Origin: Porphyridium purpureum
Taxonomy: Eukaryota
Direction of reading: 5' to 3'
Length of the DNA: 64,000 bases
Assembly: GCA_008690995.1 (NCBI GenBank)
Contig: VRMN01000008.1
Coordinates: 372,001 to 436,000 of the forward strand
This document shows, piece after piece, positions 20,765 to 32,710 of this stretch; within the stretch, counting starts at the first letter, position 1; each line of letters opens with the position of its first letter. A program made the translations under genes and the position numbers. Under the pieces are notes generated by a model that had not been told where the DNA came from, made no database searches, and worked only from the letters and a program-made list of their open reading frames with translations.

Positions 20765-22326
20765 CCCTTCCGCCAGCTCTTTGGACCAACACACAAACGT
20801 GAAAGTACAGTGGGAACTTTGTGAATAAGGTACAGTTACAGGTTCAGGTGAGCTGTACTTTCGAGTAACCCTAAAAGGTTGCAAGCTGTGCGCGCAGTTC
20901 GTGTTGGCGTTGAAGGAGCTGTGGTGTCGGGTGGGTGAGACTGTGACGCGCATGTGAGATGGACGCTGTGAGTGCGGGAAGCCTGCGGCGTGCTCGCTGA
21001 GCGCACACGGTAGTCCCTGTGAGTTTGCACTAGTCTAAGTGGGCATTGATGTCTCCGGCACGCGGTGAACGTGATGCTTGATGGAGGTGAGATACCTGCA
21101 TTGCAGGTAGATTGCGCGCACCTCGCCGAGCGGTGGATTATCGAAGTGTGCGTTCATGGACAGTGTCATTTGGTTCAATGGCATCGGCTTGGATTTAGGC
21201 CATGCCCTTTCGTGGAAGCCAAGCGTCAGTGCTAAAAGGAAGAAGAACGAGAGGGGAGGTCGAACACTTTATACGGCGGCTCCTTGGTGGAACTTTCGTG
21301 CGTTTCGCATTTGCTCCTGCTTTGGGCTGGTATCTTTCAAGAACACAATCCAGACAGTCGCAGAAAAGCTTGTGTCTGCTGTTGAAGTTGCCATTACTTC
21401 GCCTATTTTTACCTGCAGCTCGCTTTGACGAAAGTACTGATATCCCGCGGCGCAAGTCTCTGGCAGTGCCGAGTGCGACTGCCTTACTTTTGACTAGCTC
21501 CTAGTTGATGCAAGAAGCCACCAAGCAAATTGCCAAATCGTCGGTGCCGGTAGACGAATACATTCGAGCGGCGTGGCTCAGATTTCGCGTTGGAGGTGAC
21601 TAGTCAAATGATCTTGCTCATATTCATCAATGGCGTGGATGGCTTCTGGTTGGGCTTTTAGGCCGACAGTTAGCAGTCGCGCGCATTACCAAGGCGCTCA
21701 CTTTGTTCAGGTTAAGCTCGAAATGATTCCCTCCCGATGCGCAAGGACCTGCCAGCTGGTTCACGGCGACGAACCAGAGCAGTAGAGACCTGGTGGAGCC
21801 TGCCACAGGAGTCAGCGACCGTAGCCTTCACTTTTCATAGAAGCGCTGTCTCTGTGAGCCAGACACTCGCATGCTTAAGAATCGCAGCGCGCATTGCGCG
21901 AGGCCGCAGTAGGAAGGGCCGGACATTGTCATCGGGCCCGTGTCGGACAGTAGTGCGGGAAGTGGGGTGCTGGATATCAGCATGTCATTCTGTTGGTGGT
22001 TTCACAGCTGGTTCTGCGGTTTGCCGCAAAACGTGTCCCGCTACAGGCCGGAGGTAGCAGTTCATGCGTGCGCCTGATTGCTGTATCCAAACGAAATATT
22101 TATTATGCGACGCGTGAGCGTGGTTCATGACCAGGCGAGACCCATGTCTGAGCATGTGCTTGCGACGTCCGAACTGGCAGCTCGCTCAAGCCCAAGCACA
22201 ACGCCAGTCTTACTGCATGCCAACCTTTTCATACTTTTAGGCCTCTGATGATGCCTTCTCAGCGTAAGTTGGGCGCATTCTCCAGCTGCGCTGCGGCTCC
22301 TAGCCCTAGTTTTCCCACAAGTGCGC

Positions 22327-24442
22327 TCACGACACTGCGGGCCGCCTGCTGACTCCGGAGTTCGAGGGACGGCCGTCCTCGATCGGCTCAGCTAAAATCG
22401 AGACACGGTTTGTGTCTTTCTTTGGAATCACGATAGCTACGCCAGCGGTTGCGGATGCAGATGCTGACGCGGATGCTGACGCCGCTGCAGAGGTCGGCAC
22501 CGATGCTGATGACGATGAAGAGGTCGTCGCATCACTGGCAAGTCTAGCATCGGGCGCAGAACGATCACGACGACGCGTGACTCGCATCATAAGACCGTTC
22601 TGTGTGTGGATCGTAGCGCCCGTTGTCATACCAACCTCATCATACACGTGCTCAAAGTCAAACTCTCGAAGCGTCATGGCAAGGCACACGGTCGCCTCTA
22701 GCATGGCAAACTGGTCCCCTACGCATTTCCTGGGCCCTGCTCCGAATGGCATAAAGGCGTAGTCCGAATTGATTTCGTTTGGATACAGACTGGCCTCATT
22801 CGGATTGGGTTTGTAGCCTTTCCAGTCCTTGACGGCCGGGTTGGTGAACTCGCGCGTCCAGCGATCCGGGTCAAAGCGATTGGGATTTTCCCACAAATCT
22901 GGGTGGCGGTGAAGCGTATATAACGAAATGAATAAATCATTTCCGCGCAGTAATTTAAGGTCCATCTTGGACGTCCCTGCGGGTATCGTGTGGTCCTTAA
23001 GCGCGCGGCGAATCAGTACAGGCGGCTGCGGGTACATGCGCAACGTCTCTGCTAATACGCGACGAGTATACTGCAGCGCCTTGACGTCCGACATTGTGGG
23101 CATCTTTCGGTCCGGAAGGATGGTATCAATCTCTTCGCGCAGCTTGGAGAGCACGTGCGGATTCCTCGCAATCTCGCACAGGGCCCACGTTAAAAGCGCC
23201 GCCGTCGTTTCGTGACCAGCCGTAAGCAGCGTGATCAAATCGTCCCGCAGCTGCGAGCACGTGGCCTGCTCGCCGCGGAGATCGACAAGGAATCGAAGCA
23301 TGGAGGGGTCCTTGATGACATCATAATCTCGTGATTCGAGCGCCGACAGGTCGCTCTCGTCACGCGAGTCGACGGCAAGCTGAATCAATTCATCTAGCTG
23401 GTCGCTGATGATCTTCATGTCGCGGCGGAATTTGCGCTGCCTCGGTATTACCCAGTTCAGGAACTCAATTTTCCAGTATGGAAAGAGAAATGTGGAGCGG
23501 TGCTCCGCCTCGCGCAGGCATCGGTACACAGCCTTGATGATGGGTGACTCATTTGTGACGCTGCCAAACTCGTAGTTGAAAACGGCCTTGCCGATAATGT
23601 CCAGCGAGCACGAGCAGAATGCAGTTTCCATGTCAATCACGTTTGACTGCGTTGCTTGGGCCTTCGACCCCAGTTGTTGCTTGACACTGCCCGTACTGCT
23701 CACGACGCCGCGGGAAGCGACGCGGTCGAGCTCCTGTAGAAGCTCATCGGTACATTCGCCAAACAGGCGTGTCATGCGATCGAGCCACTTCATATGAAAG
23801 CCCGGTGCTATCACTCTCCTACGTTTCTTCCACGTTTCAAAATCAGCCGGGATGAGGCCCTTCCCCATGATGGGCTCCAAGATTTCGGCCAAAACGCCCT
23901 TGTCGTAATAGGTGGGGTTATCGCGCAGAATAAATCGCGTCATGGCCGGATCGCTCACCACAAAGAACACCTTTGGTCCGAAAGCGAGCTTGAACACGCT
24001 GCCGTATTGTGCAAAGTACTTTGCGAGCGCAATAAAGAACGGCTGATCGCCGAGCAGATCCGACGGGTCGCCCTCGACACGCGGCGCTCCATCCACGGAC
24101 GGCTTGCTTCCGTACGTCTGCTGAATGTTCGTCCACCACAGCCCCGCCATATCCCCGGTCGTGAGTGGCGGCGGAATCTCGCCCTTGTCCGCGTCGGCAG
24201 AGCCCGTGGTCGGCACGGGCAATTGGGTCTCACCCTGCCCATTCTGCTGATCCACCGGACACGCTTTCCTGACCGAGCGCGCGGCCCTGCCCCTACTCGC
24301 GCCGCGCGCCACACACCGCCGCCGCGGCTGAGCCGCGCAACAGCGCCGCGGCGTCCGGTGCGCGGATCCGCTGCGAGCGCGCCGCCACCTTCCATTCCGC
24401 GCTCCGCTCAGACCTGACCGCTCCCCCACAGAACGCCGCCAT
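22327..24442 (-). CDS. CYP97B: Cytochrome P450 CYP97B-like carotenoid hydroxylase, plastid-targeted
   Basis: DKGVLAEILEPIMGKGLIPAD, AGHETTAA, ETLRMYPQPP, LYPNE and the heme motif FGAGPRKCVGDQFA. The MAAF start at 24442 is in another frame that stops near 24293, suggesting an indel at about 24300. Confidence 0.93.
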
Positions 24443-24826
24443 CCATCCCATTCCAACGCCGCCCTCCACCGTCCTCCCTCCTCACCCCACCCCCACTCCG
24501 GCCCCTCACCTTTCCACCCCCGCTCCGCACGACACTAACCCCCACACTCCCATCCATCCATCCACCCATCCGCCGACTCCACCACAATCTCGCAGCCCCC
24601 GCTTGCTCGCTGCTGCTGCTGCTCGAATTTCTCATGGCCTGTCCTTGTCCCCTGTACTTTTTTGATTTTTCATATTTCTCATATTTCTCATGCTTCTCAT
24701 ACCAAAGACGCGCGATTCCGGCCAGCCACTTGCCATGTCCTCATTTTGCCGCCTTTCTGTCCTTAGTTTTGTCTCTTGTTTTCCTTGTTCCTTCTTCTTT
24801 TGCGTGCGTGCGTGTGTTGGCTTGGG

Positions 24827-24848
24827 GGGTTTAGGGGCTTAGGGGTTT
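24827..24848 (+). repeat. Short telomere-like TTAGGGG tandem upstream of CYP97B
   Basis: gggtttaggggcttaggggttt. Confidence 0.5.
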
Positions 24849-26725
24849 GGCCTTTCTTCTCATGGCGCCGTCTCATGGGCTTCGAGGTCATGCGTGTGTT
24901 CTCGTGCGTCATCGTCTTGTGAGAAACACGCGCGTTTGGGTAGGGTACAGTTGTGGGTGTTGTGCAAGAGCTCGCGCTGGCCCGCGGGTGATCGAGCGTC
25001 CACCGCGCGCGATTTCCGCGAGTGCGCGCCGAACGGGATGCGGCGCGACAACGCGTGGCAGGCGCGCGAATACGCCCGCCACGCGACCCGATGCGCACGC
25101 GTGCTGCAACTGTGCTTTGATCCGTCGGCAGATTGTGCGCGCCATATGGCGCGATTTGACATGCGGAAGTTCTTAAGAGCGTCGCGTGGGCTCACGACTT
25201 CGTCGTCGACCGAGCCGCAGAGGCAAGCATCTTCATTGTTCAAGGATAAAGTGACTGGCCACATTGAAATCTGGAGGTTTCCGAGCCGTTTACTTGAGGA
25301 TACACTGCTCCGCACGTACAGCATAATTGTGCAGGACACACAACCCCATTTCCACCCGAAAGAGGCGAATGGCGTAGAAGGTAAAGTGCGCATTGTATGA
25401 CGGCTTTGCGCCTCTGGAACTTTGCTACAGAGAGGGAGATGTAACTCTGACCTTGTTGGGCTCTTTTTGCTCCACAAGTTAGCTTTCACTGTGACCAGAT
25501 GTGCCCCTGACTGGTCTTCACTGCAGGTCCCCCACCCTTCCTCTCTTTCATCTTCTGTCTGCGCGCAAGACCTGACCGGCTAGTCCGTGCAGGCGCGTCG
25601 CCGTCTCATACCCTTACTTCCGTCAGGGACAGAAAGACGCCGAGAAAAATGAAAATGCAAATCCTGGTCTTTTCTCCTCATCTTCAAGTTTCTAGAACCT
25701 GGAGAAGCTTTTAGAAATGACTTCAAACGGACTACCGGTGTAATGCTTTTCATTACGGCTAACCTCGCCTACGATTGCACTTCTCTAAAGTTGCCTTAGT
25801 TTTCATTACCAGAAAAAGTCTCCGACCGTTTCAACATTTTTCGTCACAGTCAAATCGAGTCTGGACACGGTTCAGAGCAAACTCGTCCCCGAAGTTGCAA
25901 CGGACGGCAAAGTGGCGGGCACGAGATAGCTGCGGTGCTCTCAGCGGGCCGCGACGGGTATAAAGTCGGCGCTCACCAATTGTTTTCGTTTGGCGCTGGG
26001 CACGCATGATAAGACACAAGGAAGAGAGAAAAAAGGGCGAGGGACTAGTTCAGGATTAAAGGCAGTCGTTGTTGCTTGGGAGCACTGAACTTTGTCGCCC
26101 ATTTACCGATTACTATCATTTGGACGATTCCGACCATTTCTAACCATCCTTGGGTGATATCACGGTGAGTAAATAAGTACGGCTCGCCCTTCTTGGACAT
26201 TATACCGGGCCCGATACCTAGCAAATCTGCGCTGAACTCGTCGACGAACACCAATCTTGTCACCATTCGGCCAGCCGGCTCACGCATTGCGCAGCGCTTC
26301 GTCAACTGAGCTCCCTGACATGCTCCATAATCTGGCAGACCTGGCACGTGCAGCACTACATGTTCTTTCACTTCATTCTCTTCAGCAGCTTCCGCCTCAG
26401 AATTGTTTTTACCTACACCAGCACCCTCGCTCACTATGTTTTCATCAGCTTCAAATCATTCATGATATTCTGGATGATTGACTTGCTGTCGCTTCTGTCT
26501 TTCAATCCAACTTTTTTTCCCCCATGCTCACCACTCATGTATTCATCCCAGTTGATCACAGCTTTCGCGTTTGCCCACCATGTCAACCAAAGTACCGCTT
26601 GCTCCCCAAGATTCTTGATTATGTATACCTCATCTGATAGTTTATTTCTGTATGCTTCTATTTCCACTTACCTCCAGCGATGCACACTTAGTATTCCTTT
26701 TTACTTCTCCTGAGAACTTACGTGT

Positions 26726-27321
26726 TCATGCATTGCTCTTTCCCTTTCCACCAATCTTCATCCACAAAACAGTATGTAAACGCTGCTCAAATCGCGCCAA
26801 CGCCTCGCGCATTCGACGCACAGCATCAGTAGATATGAAGTCTCTTTTCACAGCAGCAGGAAGCTGAGCCCACGTCGCCGGTGCAGGACCGTTCCGAGCG
26901 ATAGTTATCGACCACACTAAAGCGTCCCCTCGAAAGTAAGTGGCTGCGAGCCTGACTGCTGGCAAATTTGTCGAACCCTCATGCTCTTCGTGCCTAGCCG
27001 CGAACAACGGCGCGCGCCCCTTTCGTTGTGCTTCAAACAAAAATGCTTGCACTGCCTGCGAATCGTATGTACCGCCGTAGTAGCTTAGTTGGCCTGCCTT
27101 GACGGGCTGCACATCAGGCAGCTGCGCATTTATTTGACCTGCTTCGCTCTGAACCGTGCAATGATACCACATTGTCTATCTAAACATACTCTCTATTACC
27201 AAAAGGCTCTTTCCTTCCTTTTTTCCAAGCAAATCATGCGATCGCCTTGTTGGCAACGCTTGCCGCCCTTAATGCACGCGGGATGACGCCTGATGCCAAG
27301 GCACACGCAGCGCAGGTTACA
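26726..27321 (-). mobile_element. Truncated Ty3/Gypsy-like LTR retrotransposon remnant: candidate 5' LTR, PBS and gag fragment
   Basis: On the minus strand: TGTAAC...TAGACA (27321-27173), a 3-nt spacer, TGGTATCA (27169-27162; initiator tRNA-Met type PBS), then VRLAATYFRGDALVW...PATWAQLPAAVKRDF...DAVRRMREALARFEQ (retrotransposon gag-like). No pol or second LTR seen. Confidence 0.72.
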
Positions 27322-27558
27322 TTTGGCTGCAGACACGCGACGCAAGGTTGCACGCTCTTGTGGACACAAGGCGAGCGTCCGTCAAGACTCGTGGCACTTC
27401 CGTGAGCGCCCACCGTTCTCCGTTCAAAGAAACGTGTCCTTTTTTTAACTGTCTAGTTTAAGATTAAAAATTACAGATATGGAACTGAGGAAAAGGTTGT
27501 CGGCGCACGGAGGAGAGTGTGGAAGACGCGGTGGGCCTGAGGTCTGGAGGATTGTGAG

Positions 27559-29847
27559 ATGGAGGCAGCCGTCGCGATGGGCACGGCGCTGATCGTGCCG
27601 CAGCATACGCTAACCGTAGCGGCGATAAGTGCGGCCGTGGCACTGGTCAAGCGCTTGCGAGCAAAGGGCAAGATCAGCGGGGTGGATGCGAGTGGGAAAC
27701 CAGTCGAGGACGATGAGTCGGTGCATGTTATAGACGACTCCAAGCCCGTCGAGCTGCTGTGGGGCGATGTCACCGTGAAGCTCGTGTCCACAAAGAAGCA
27801 GAAGGCCGTCAAAAAGAAGCCAGCTAGCTCTACCCCAGTCCGTCAAACGCAGGGATCCACCACGAGCGTGCGGCACAAGGGCAGGGAGGTTGGAAAGGCC
27901 AGAGGCGCGTCTGGCATTGCGCACCCATCATTAGATGAAGGTACGTCACAGCAAGCCACCGCAAAAGAGAGGGCGCCACAGCAAGCCCCTGCCGCTCGGA
28001 TTCTCCTTGATTCGGTGAGCGGGGTGGCGAAGCCTGGCCGGCTCCTTGCTATCATGGGCCCTTCTGGAGCAGGCAAGTCGACGCTTCTTGACTCGTTGGC
28101 CGGAAGGCTTCCGAAGAGCAACGCAATCGAGCTGGAGGGGTACATTTTTGTAAACGGAGCGCACGCCGGGTCAGCCTCTACGCGCAACCAGGCATACCTG
28201 GTGCAGGATCCGGTCTTTTTTTCTCAGCTGACAGTTCGTGAGACGCTGCTCTTTGCAGCGCAGACGTCAACGACGCTGCGAAACAAGGATCAGGCGACGT
28301 GTGTGGCCGCATGCGACTCGTTGATTGCGAAGCTAGGCCTAACAACATGCGCGGACACCTGCATTGGCGACTCGAGTGCACGGGGTATTTCTGGCGGTGA
28401 GCGAAAGCGCGTCGCACTGGCGTGCGAGCTGCTTGGCGCCCCCAAGCTCGTCTTTGCCGACGAACCGACCACGGGTCTCGACTCCTTCCAGGCGGAAAAG
28501 GTCATGCAGGCGCTGCGCAAACTGGCGGACGAGGGTCACACTGTCGTGATCTCAATTCACCAGCCCAACGAACGTGTTTACAAGATGTTTGACGACCTGC
28601 TGTTACTTGCGGAGGGCGGTCGCGCCGTGTACTTTGGAGAGGCGAATGACAAGGCTGCAGCATACTTTGGGGAACTAGGCTTTCCCCTGCCCGAGCACTT
28701 TTCGCATCCGGACCATTTCCTCGAGTTGATAACCATCGATCGCTCCTCCGTTGAGAGTCAGCGCATATCCGAATTGCGTCTCGACTCTTTTGTGAGGCGC
28801 TTTTCAGAGTCGTTTGTGAAGCCAACATTGCCCGTGGGCACAAGTAAGCACACGTCTCGTGCATTTATTCAGCCTATCCCCTTGGGAACGCAGCTGAAGT
28901 TACTTTTTGAGCGCTCGTGGCGACAGATCAAGCGCAACAAGCGTTATTTCATGCAACGCATGATTCCGTCTGTCATGTCATCGCTTTTATTTGGTATCAT
29001 CTACGGCAACATTGGGCTCGGCCAGTCGAGCGTCATGGACCGTTTGGGCTTGCTGCAGGTCGCAACGATCAACACGGCCATGCTGTCACTTGTGCGCACG
29101 CTATACATTTTCCCAGTGGAAAAGAGTGTGGTGCAAAGCGAGCGCGCCAAGTCGGCGTACGAGCTGTTCCCGTATCTGGCATCCAAGCTCGTGGCCGATA
29201 CCCCGATCGCAGCAATTTTCCCCGCGGCATTTGGCACCATCCTATACGCCATGTGCGGCCTTCAGCGCTCGCTGCCCAAATTCTTTTCGTTCCTTGCGAT
29301 TACGGTGGCCGAGTCGTTCACGGCAAGCGCGCATGGTCTCGTTGTAGGAGCATTGGCTTCTTCCGTTGAAGCGGCTGTATCGATCGGGCCGAACTCAATG
29401 ACGCTTTTTACTGTATTTGGGGGATATTACGTCAATTCAGAGAGCGTACCTTGGCTTCTGCGGTGGGTACCCAATATTTCACTCATTCGCTGGGGTTTCC
29501 AGGCCAAATGCATCAACGAGTTCGATGGCCTCATGTTCGAAAGTGTCGGTGAAAGCGATGTGCAGACGGGCGAGGAGGCGCTCGCGAGAGTGGGCTTTGG
29601 GGACTGTTCTGTGTGGACCGCTCTGTGCAACGAGCTCCGCATCCTTGGCACGCTTTACTGCATCACTTATGCCGTGCTACTGATGAAGCAGCCCAAGTTC
29701 ACCGAGCCATCGGTACCTGAGCCGCGGCGCGCCAAGGCCACCGTCGAAGATGTGACACTTGGTGCAGAAGATGAAGAGTTAGATGATCAGGCTGACCGAG
29801 GCGATAAGTATCGCAAGCTTGTTAGAACCAAGAGTGCATACATGTAG
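27559..29847 (+). CDS. ABCG (White/WBC) half-size ABC transporter
   Basis: Walker A GPSGAGKST, signature ISGGERKR, Walker B VFADEPTTGLD, SIHQP, then the ABC2 membrane domain (NBD-TMD order). Confidence 0.96.
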   Translation: MEAAVAMGTALIVPQHTLTVAAISAAVALVKRLRAKGKISGVDASGKPVEDDESVHVIDDSKPVELLWGDVTVKLVSTKKQKAVKKKPASSTPVRQTQGSTTSVRHKGREVGKARGASGIAHPSLDEGTSQQATAKERAPQQAPAARILLDSVSGVAKPGRLLAIMGPSGAGKSTLLDSLAGRLPKSNAIELEGYIFVNGAHAGSASTRNQAYLVQDPVFFSQLTVRETLLFAAQTSTTLRNKDQATCVAACDSLIAKLGLTTCADTCIGDSSARGISGGERKRVALACELLGAPKLVFADEPTTGLDSFQAEKVMQALRKLADEGHTVVISIHQPNERVYKMFDDLLLLAEGGRAVYFGEANDKAAAYFGELGFPLPEHFSHPDHFLELITIDRSSVESQRISELRLDSFVRRFSESFVKPTLPVGTSKHTSRAFIQPIPLGTQLKLLFERSWRQIKRNKRYFMQRMIPSVMSSLLFGIIYGNIGLGQSSVMDRLGLLQVATINTAMLSLVRTLYIFPVEKSVVQSERAKSAYELFPYLASKLVADTPIAAIFPAAFGTILYAMCGLQRSLPKFFSFLAITVAESFTASAHGLVVGALASSVEAAVSIGPNSMTLFTVFGGYYVNSESVPWLLRWVPNISLIRWGFQAKCINEFDGLMFESVGESDVQTGEEALARVGFGDCSVWTALCNELRILGTLYCITYAVLLMKQPKFTEPSVPEPRRAKATVEDVTLGAEDEELDDQADRGDKYRKLVRTKSAYM

Positions 29848-30706
29848 GCACTAGAGAGCACTTACATGTGATCGAGAGGTTGTGTTTTTGTACTTGATCA
29901 AAATGAAGGAGGAATTCGAAGACAAGCTGGATGGGCAGATAAGCAGCAGAGCAGCAAGGACAAGCTCTATGGACAGTGTGTCCGCATCACACCTACTGCA
30001 AACGTCGAAGATTCCATAAACTTCAAACTATACCTCGGCATCTCGCAGCGTTGCAGCAGCGGGTGTTCGTGTCGAACGTAGCGGTAATTGTTTAAACGGT
30101 TACATCAATTGAACCCTTTCGCCGTGAAAGCGCCTTACTCTCTCAACGGTTCATGCCAGATAGGGCGAGTACCTTTTCAGGGGATGCTCCACTCCTTTTC
30201 GGCTGCGTCATACTTTGGCGTCGGCAGTGATTCGAAGTGCGTGAACACGATTGAGCGATGCATCGTTTCATTAGTTGAGGAAAGCGACTTGCCACGAGAA
30301 CTGTTTTCTGACGCCGGTCACCGACATATTTCAGGAGCTTTACAGGCGGAGGAGGATAGGGCCTTCACTTCTCTGGGCTATGAAAGTGTATGACGGTAAC
30401 TGGGAAAAATCGGCTGCTGCATCTTGACACTTAACGACAAGAGCTGATGAGAGTAGAATAGTGTTCTTTGTCCACACGAGTGTCTCCAAAGTGAGACGTC
30501 TCTGGTCTTTCATTTCGCGCCAATGCACTGGTAGAAGGAAACCAAGCCCACAAGCAGGTGAAAAAAATTCTGCGTCAGAAGAGGAGCCTCAAACCATTAA
30601 ACCAATAAACCGGAAACCGTGTCAGTTTCGTAGAATTTGTTTGATTGCGGCACAGCGGACACGGTCAAGTTGACCCGGCGCCGGGTGGTGGACGTGCTTT
30701 GGTGCC

Positions 30707-32695
30707 ATGGAAGAGGACACGCGTGCGCTGATGCCGTCCGCGTCGTCGGCGCCTACGTCGCCGAATAACGCCGGCGCTGCAAATCCTCCGAGCAGCCCGA
30801 AACGGTATCCTCCCGCGGCGGGACCGAAAATTGGACCGCAGGGCAACGAGTACTACTATTCGCGCGCGCCAACTTTGAGTGGGTCTGGATCCGCAATGGG
30901 GAGCGGTTCAGCATCGGGCACGTTGTTGTACAGCAAGAGCAGCGCGCCGGCCGCGCCGGCCCCTCCACGGCAACGGAGGGTATCGAGCTTGCGCGCAAAC
31001 AGCAATTTGAGCTCGCCGCCCGCGGTTCAGAACAAGGGCAGTTCGAACATGTCGTCCTCACGAATGGTAGGTCCGCGTGCTGAGTCGACGCGTACGTCAT
31101 CTGCGCAGTCCTACTTTCCCCCGCCGCCGAGAATGGGATCGTTTTCCGTGCGCAGCTCGCAAGGAAGCTACGCAAGCGGCGCCGGCGCGGCCGAAAGACA
31201 CGTGAGCGAGATGTACAGGCATGGTATCGTTGTGGGTACCCAGTCGCGAGAGCAAGAGCAGCAGCAGATGTTGAAGAACTCGTCCCAAGAATTGATGAGC
31301 CGGATCGAGACGTCGGCTGTGAGCCCGACTTCTGGTGCACCAACGATTCTCAAGGACCGGCGGCAGTTTAGCGCTCCGTCGCTGCAGTTTGACAGCTGGA
31401 ATGCGTCCTGGGTGGTCGACATTTTTGCATTGCATCATAATGCTCTACGTCGTGAGATTGTGGACATGTATGACATGCTAGCGTCTATGATGCGCCGCCG
31501 CAAGACCCTGCGCCCGGCTGTGGATGTCGCTTTCTTTTACGCATGGTTCAAGGAGCTGAGCTGGTTTCTGATCGAATATTTCGAGTTGGAAGAGCAAGTG
31601 TTGTTCCCATGGGTCGAGAGCCGCTGCTTGCTGATGACGCGGCTCTGTCGCGCATTCCGCCTTCGCAGAAAGGACCAAATTCGTGCAATGCTAATTGCCA
31701 TGCTTCGCGTGGAGCCCATACTGTCCAATGCAACAAAGCGCAAGCCCATATCGCGCCCAAGGTCAAGGCCGCGCTCTCGCCGCCCGTCAGCACCACCGTC
31801 GCCGGGCATGACCAGCCCGCGTACGGGTAGCCTTAGCCAGTCCAAATTGAACTCGCCCGAAGCTAAAGAGGCGAGAGAGCGCAGTCCTGGTAGCTTCCGC
31901 AAGCTGATGGATGCGACCGCAGCAAAGCAGACCGAAAAGGAGCGCCCGCGTACCGTGACGCCAAGTGAAGTACCTGTGATCCTTAAGGACTCGTGTGACC
32001 AACTGGTGGAAAAGATCAATGTTTACTTTTCGGACTTTTCACAGAGCGGTGCAATGTACGGGCTGATTGCGCAGGCTTTCACTGCAAAGGAGAAGCGGGA
32101 ATTGGACCGTAGGGTGGTGGACTGGATTTTCAAGCGTAGGCACACAGGCCGGTATATTATGATGATGAGTTTTTGGATCTACGAAGTGTATGGGGATCGA
32201 AAGTTCCGCGAGTTCAAGTGGAACCATTTGGGTCCTCTGCGCTCCATGCGCTGCGGAGTTTGGGAAAAAAGCCATCAAAGGCATCTGGGCTTTGCGCGCA
32301 AGTTCCGACGGTGGGCTGCGGACTACCAGGAGGAGCGCGTCAAATTTCAGCGCAAGCATGACATCCGGCTCATTCCCGCGCGCGTGAATGCTGGAGTTCT
32401 GCCGCGTGCACCGGTTAACGACGCCACAGATCTCACGTGGGTGGCAGACAGCGCGGCGGCCAATACGCCGCGCTACCCAGCGATGGACTATGCGCTGGAC
32501 TGGTCAGACGAAGACGACGACCAGTTGATCCATTCTAACGTGCCCGAAATGGACTGCGATTACTACGGCGAGATTGATGATGCCGAGCAACAAACTGACG
32601 TGGTCGAGTTTATTGAAGAGTTTGTCGAGGAAGAGATTGTCGAGGGCGACTCCATTGCCGCTCTCCTGGCGCTCATGCGTAGCAGCAGCAGCTGA
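30707..32695 (+). CDS. Hypothetical protein with a hemerythrin-like helical domain and disordered Ser/Pro-rich regions
   Basis: 662-aa ORF; WVVDIFALHHNALRREIVDMY and EYFELEEQVLFPWVE resemble hemerythrin/HHE helices. Confidence 0.7.
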   Translation: MEEDTRALMPSASSAPTSPNNAGAANPPSSPKRYPPAAGPKIGPQGNEYYYSRAPTLSGSGSAMGSGSASGTLLYSKSSAPAAPAPPRQRRVSSLRANSNLSSPPAVQNKGSSNMSSSRMVGPRAESTRTSSAQSYFPPPPRMGSFSVRSSQGSYASGAGAAERHVSEMYRHGIVVGTQSREQEQQQMLKNSSQELMSRIETSAVSPTSGAPTILKDRRQFSAPSLQFDSWNASWVVDIFALHHNALRREIVDMYDMLASMMRRRKTLRPAVDVAFFYAWFKELSWFLIEYFELEEQVLFPWVESRCLLMTRLCRAFRLRRKDQIRAMLIAMLRVEPILSNATKRKPISRPRSRPRSRRPSAPPSPGMTSPRTGSLSQSKLNSPEAKEARERSPGSFRKLMDATAAKQTEKERPRTVTPSEVPVILKDSCDQLVEKINVYFSDFSQSGAMYGLIAQAFTAKEKRELDRRVVDWIFKRRHTGRYIMMMSFWIYEVYGDRKFREFKWNHLGPLRSMRCGVWEKSHQRHLGFARKFRRWAADYQEERVKFQRKHDIRLIPARVNAGVLPRAPVNDATDLTWVADSAAANTPRYPAMDYALDWSDEDDDQLIHSNVPEMDCDYYGEIDDAEQQTDVVEFIEEFVEEEIVEGDSIAALLALMRSSSS

Positions 32696-32710
32696 TCCGA
32701 TCTTTCATGA

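Noticed and set aside
20960..22320. Genes or ncRNAs in this gap (also 29850-30700, 40500-41280 and 56460-57020)
   Set aside because: Only short ORFs without motifs; no tRNA, snRNA or rRNA signature recognised.
22327..22570. Ala-Ser repeat tail of CYP97B as a functional domain
   Set aside because: A low-complexity extension like others in this genome, with no sign of a specific role.
24860..25560. Reverse transcriptase fragment, polypurine tract or 3' LTR of the gag element
   Set aside because: Only vague resemblance (GKVRIV; pyrimidine tract 25528-25556) and no sequence match to the candidate 5' LTR.
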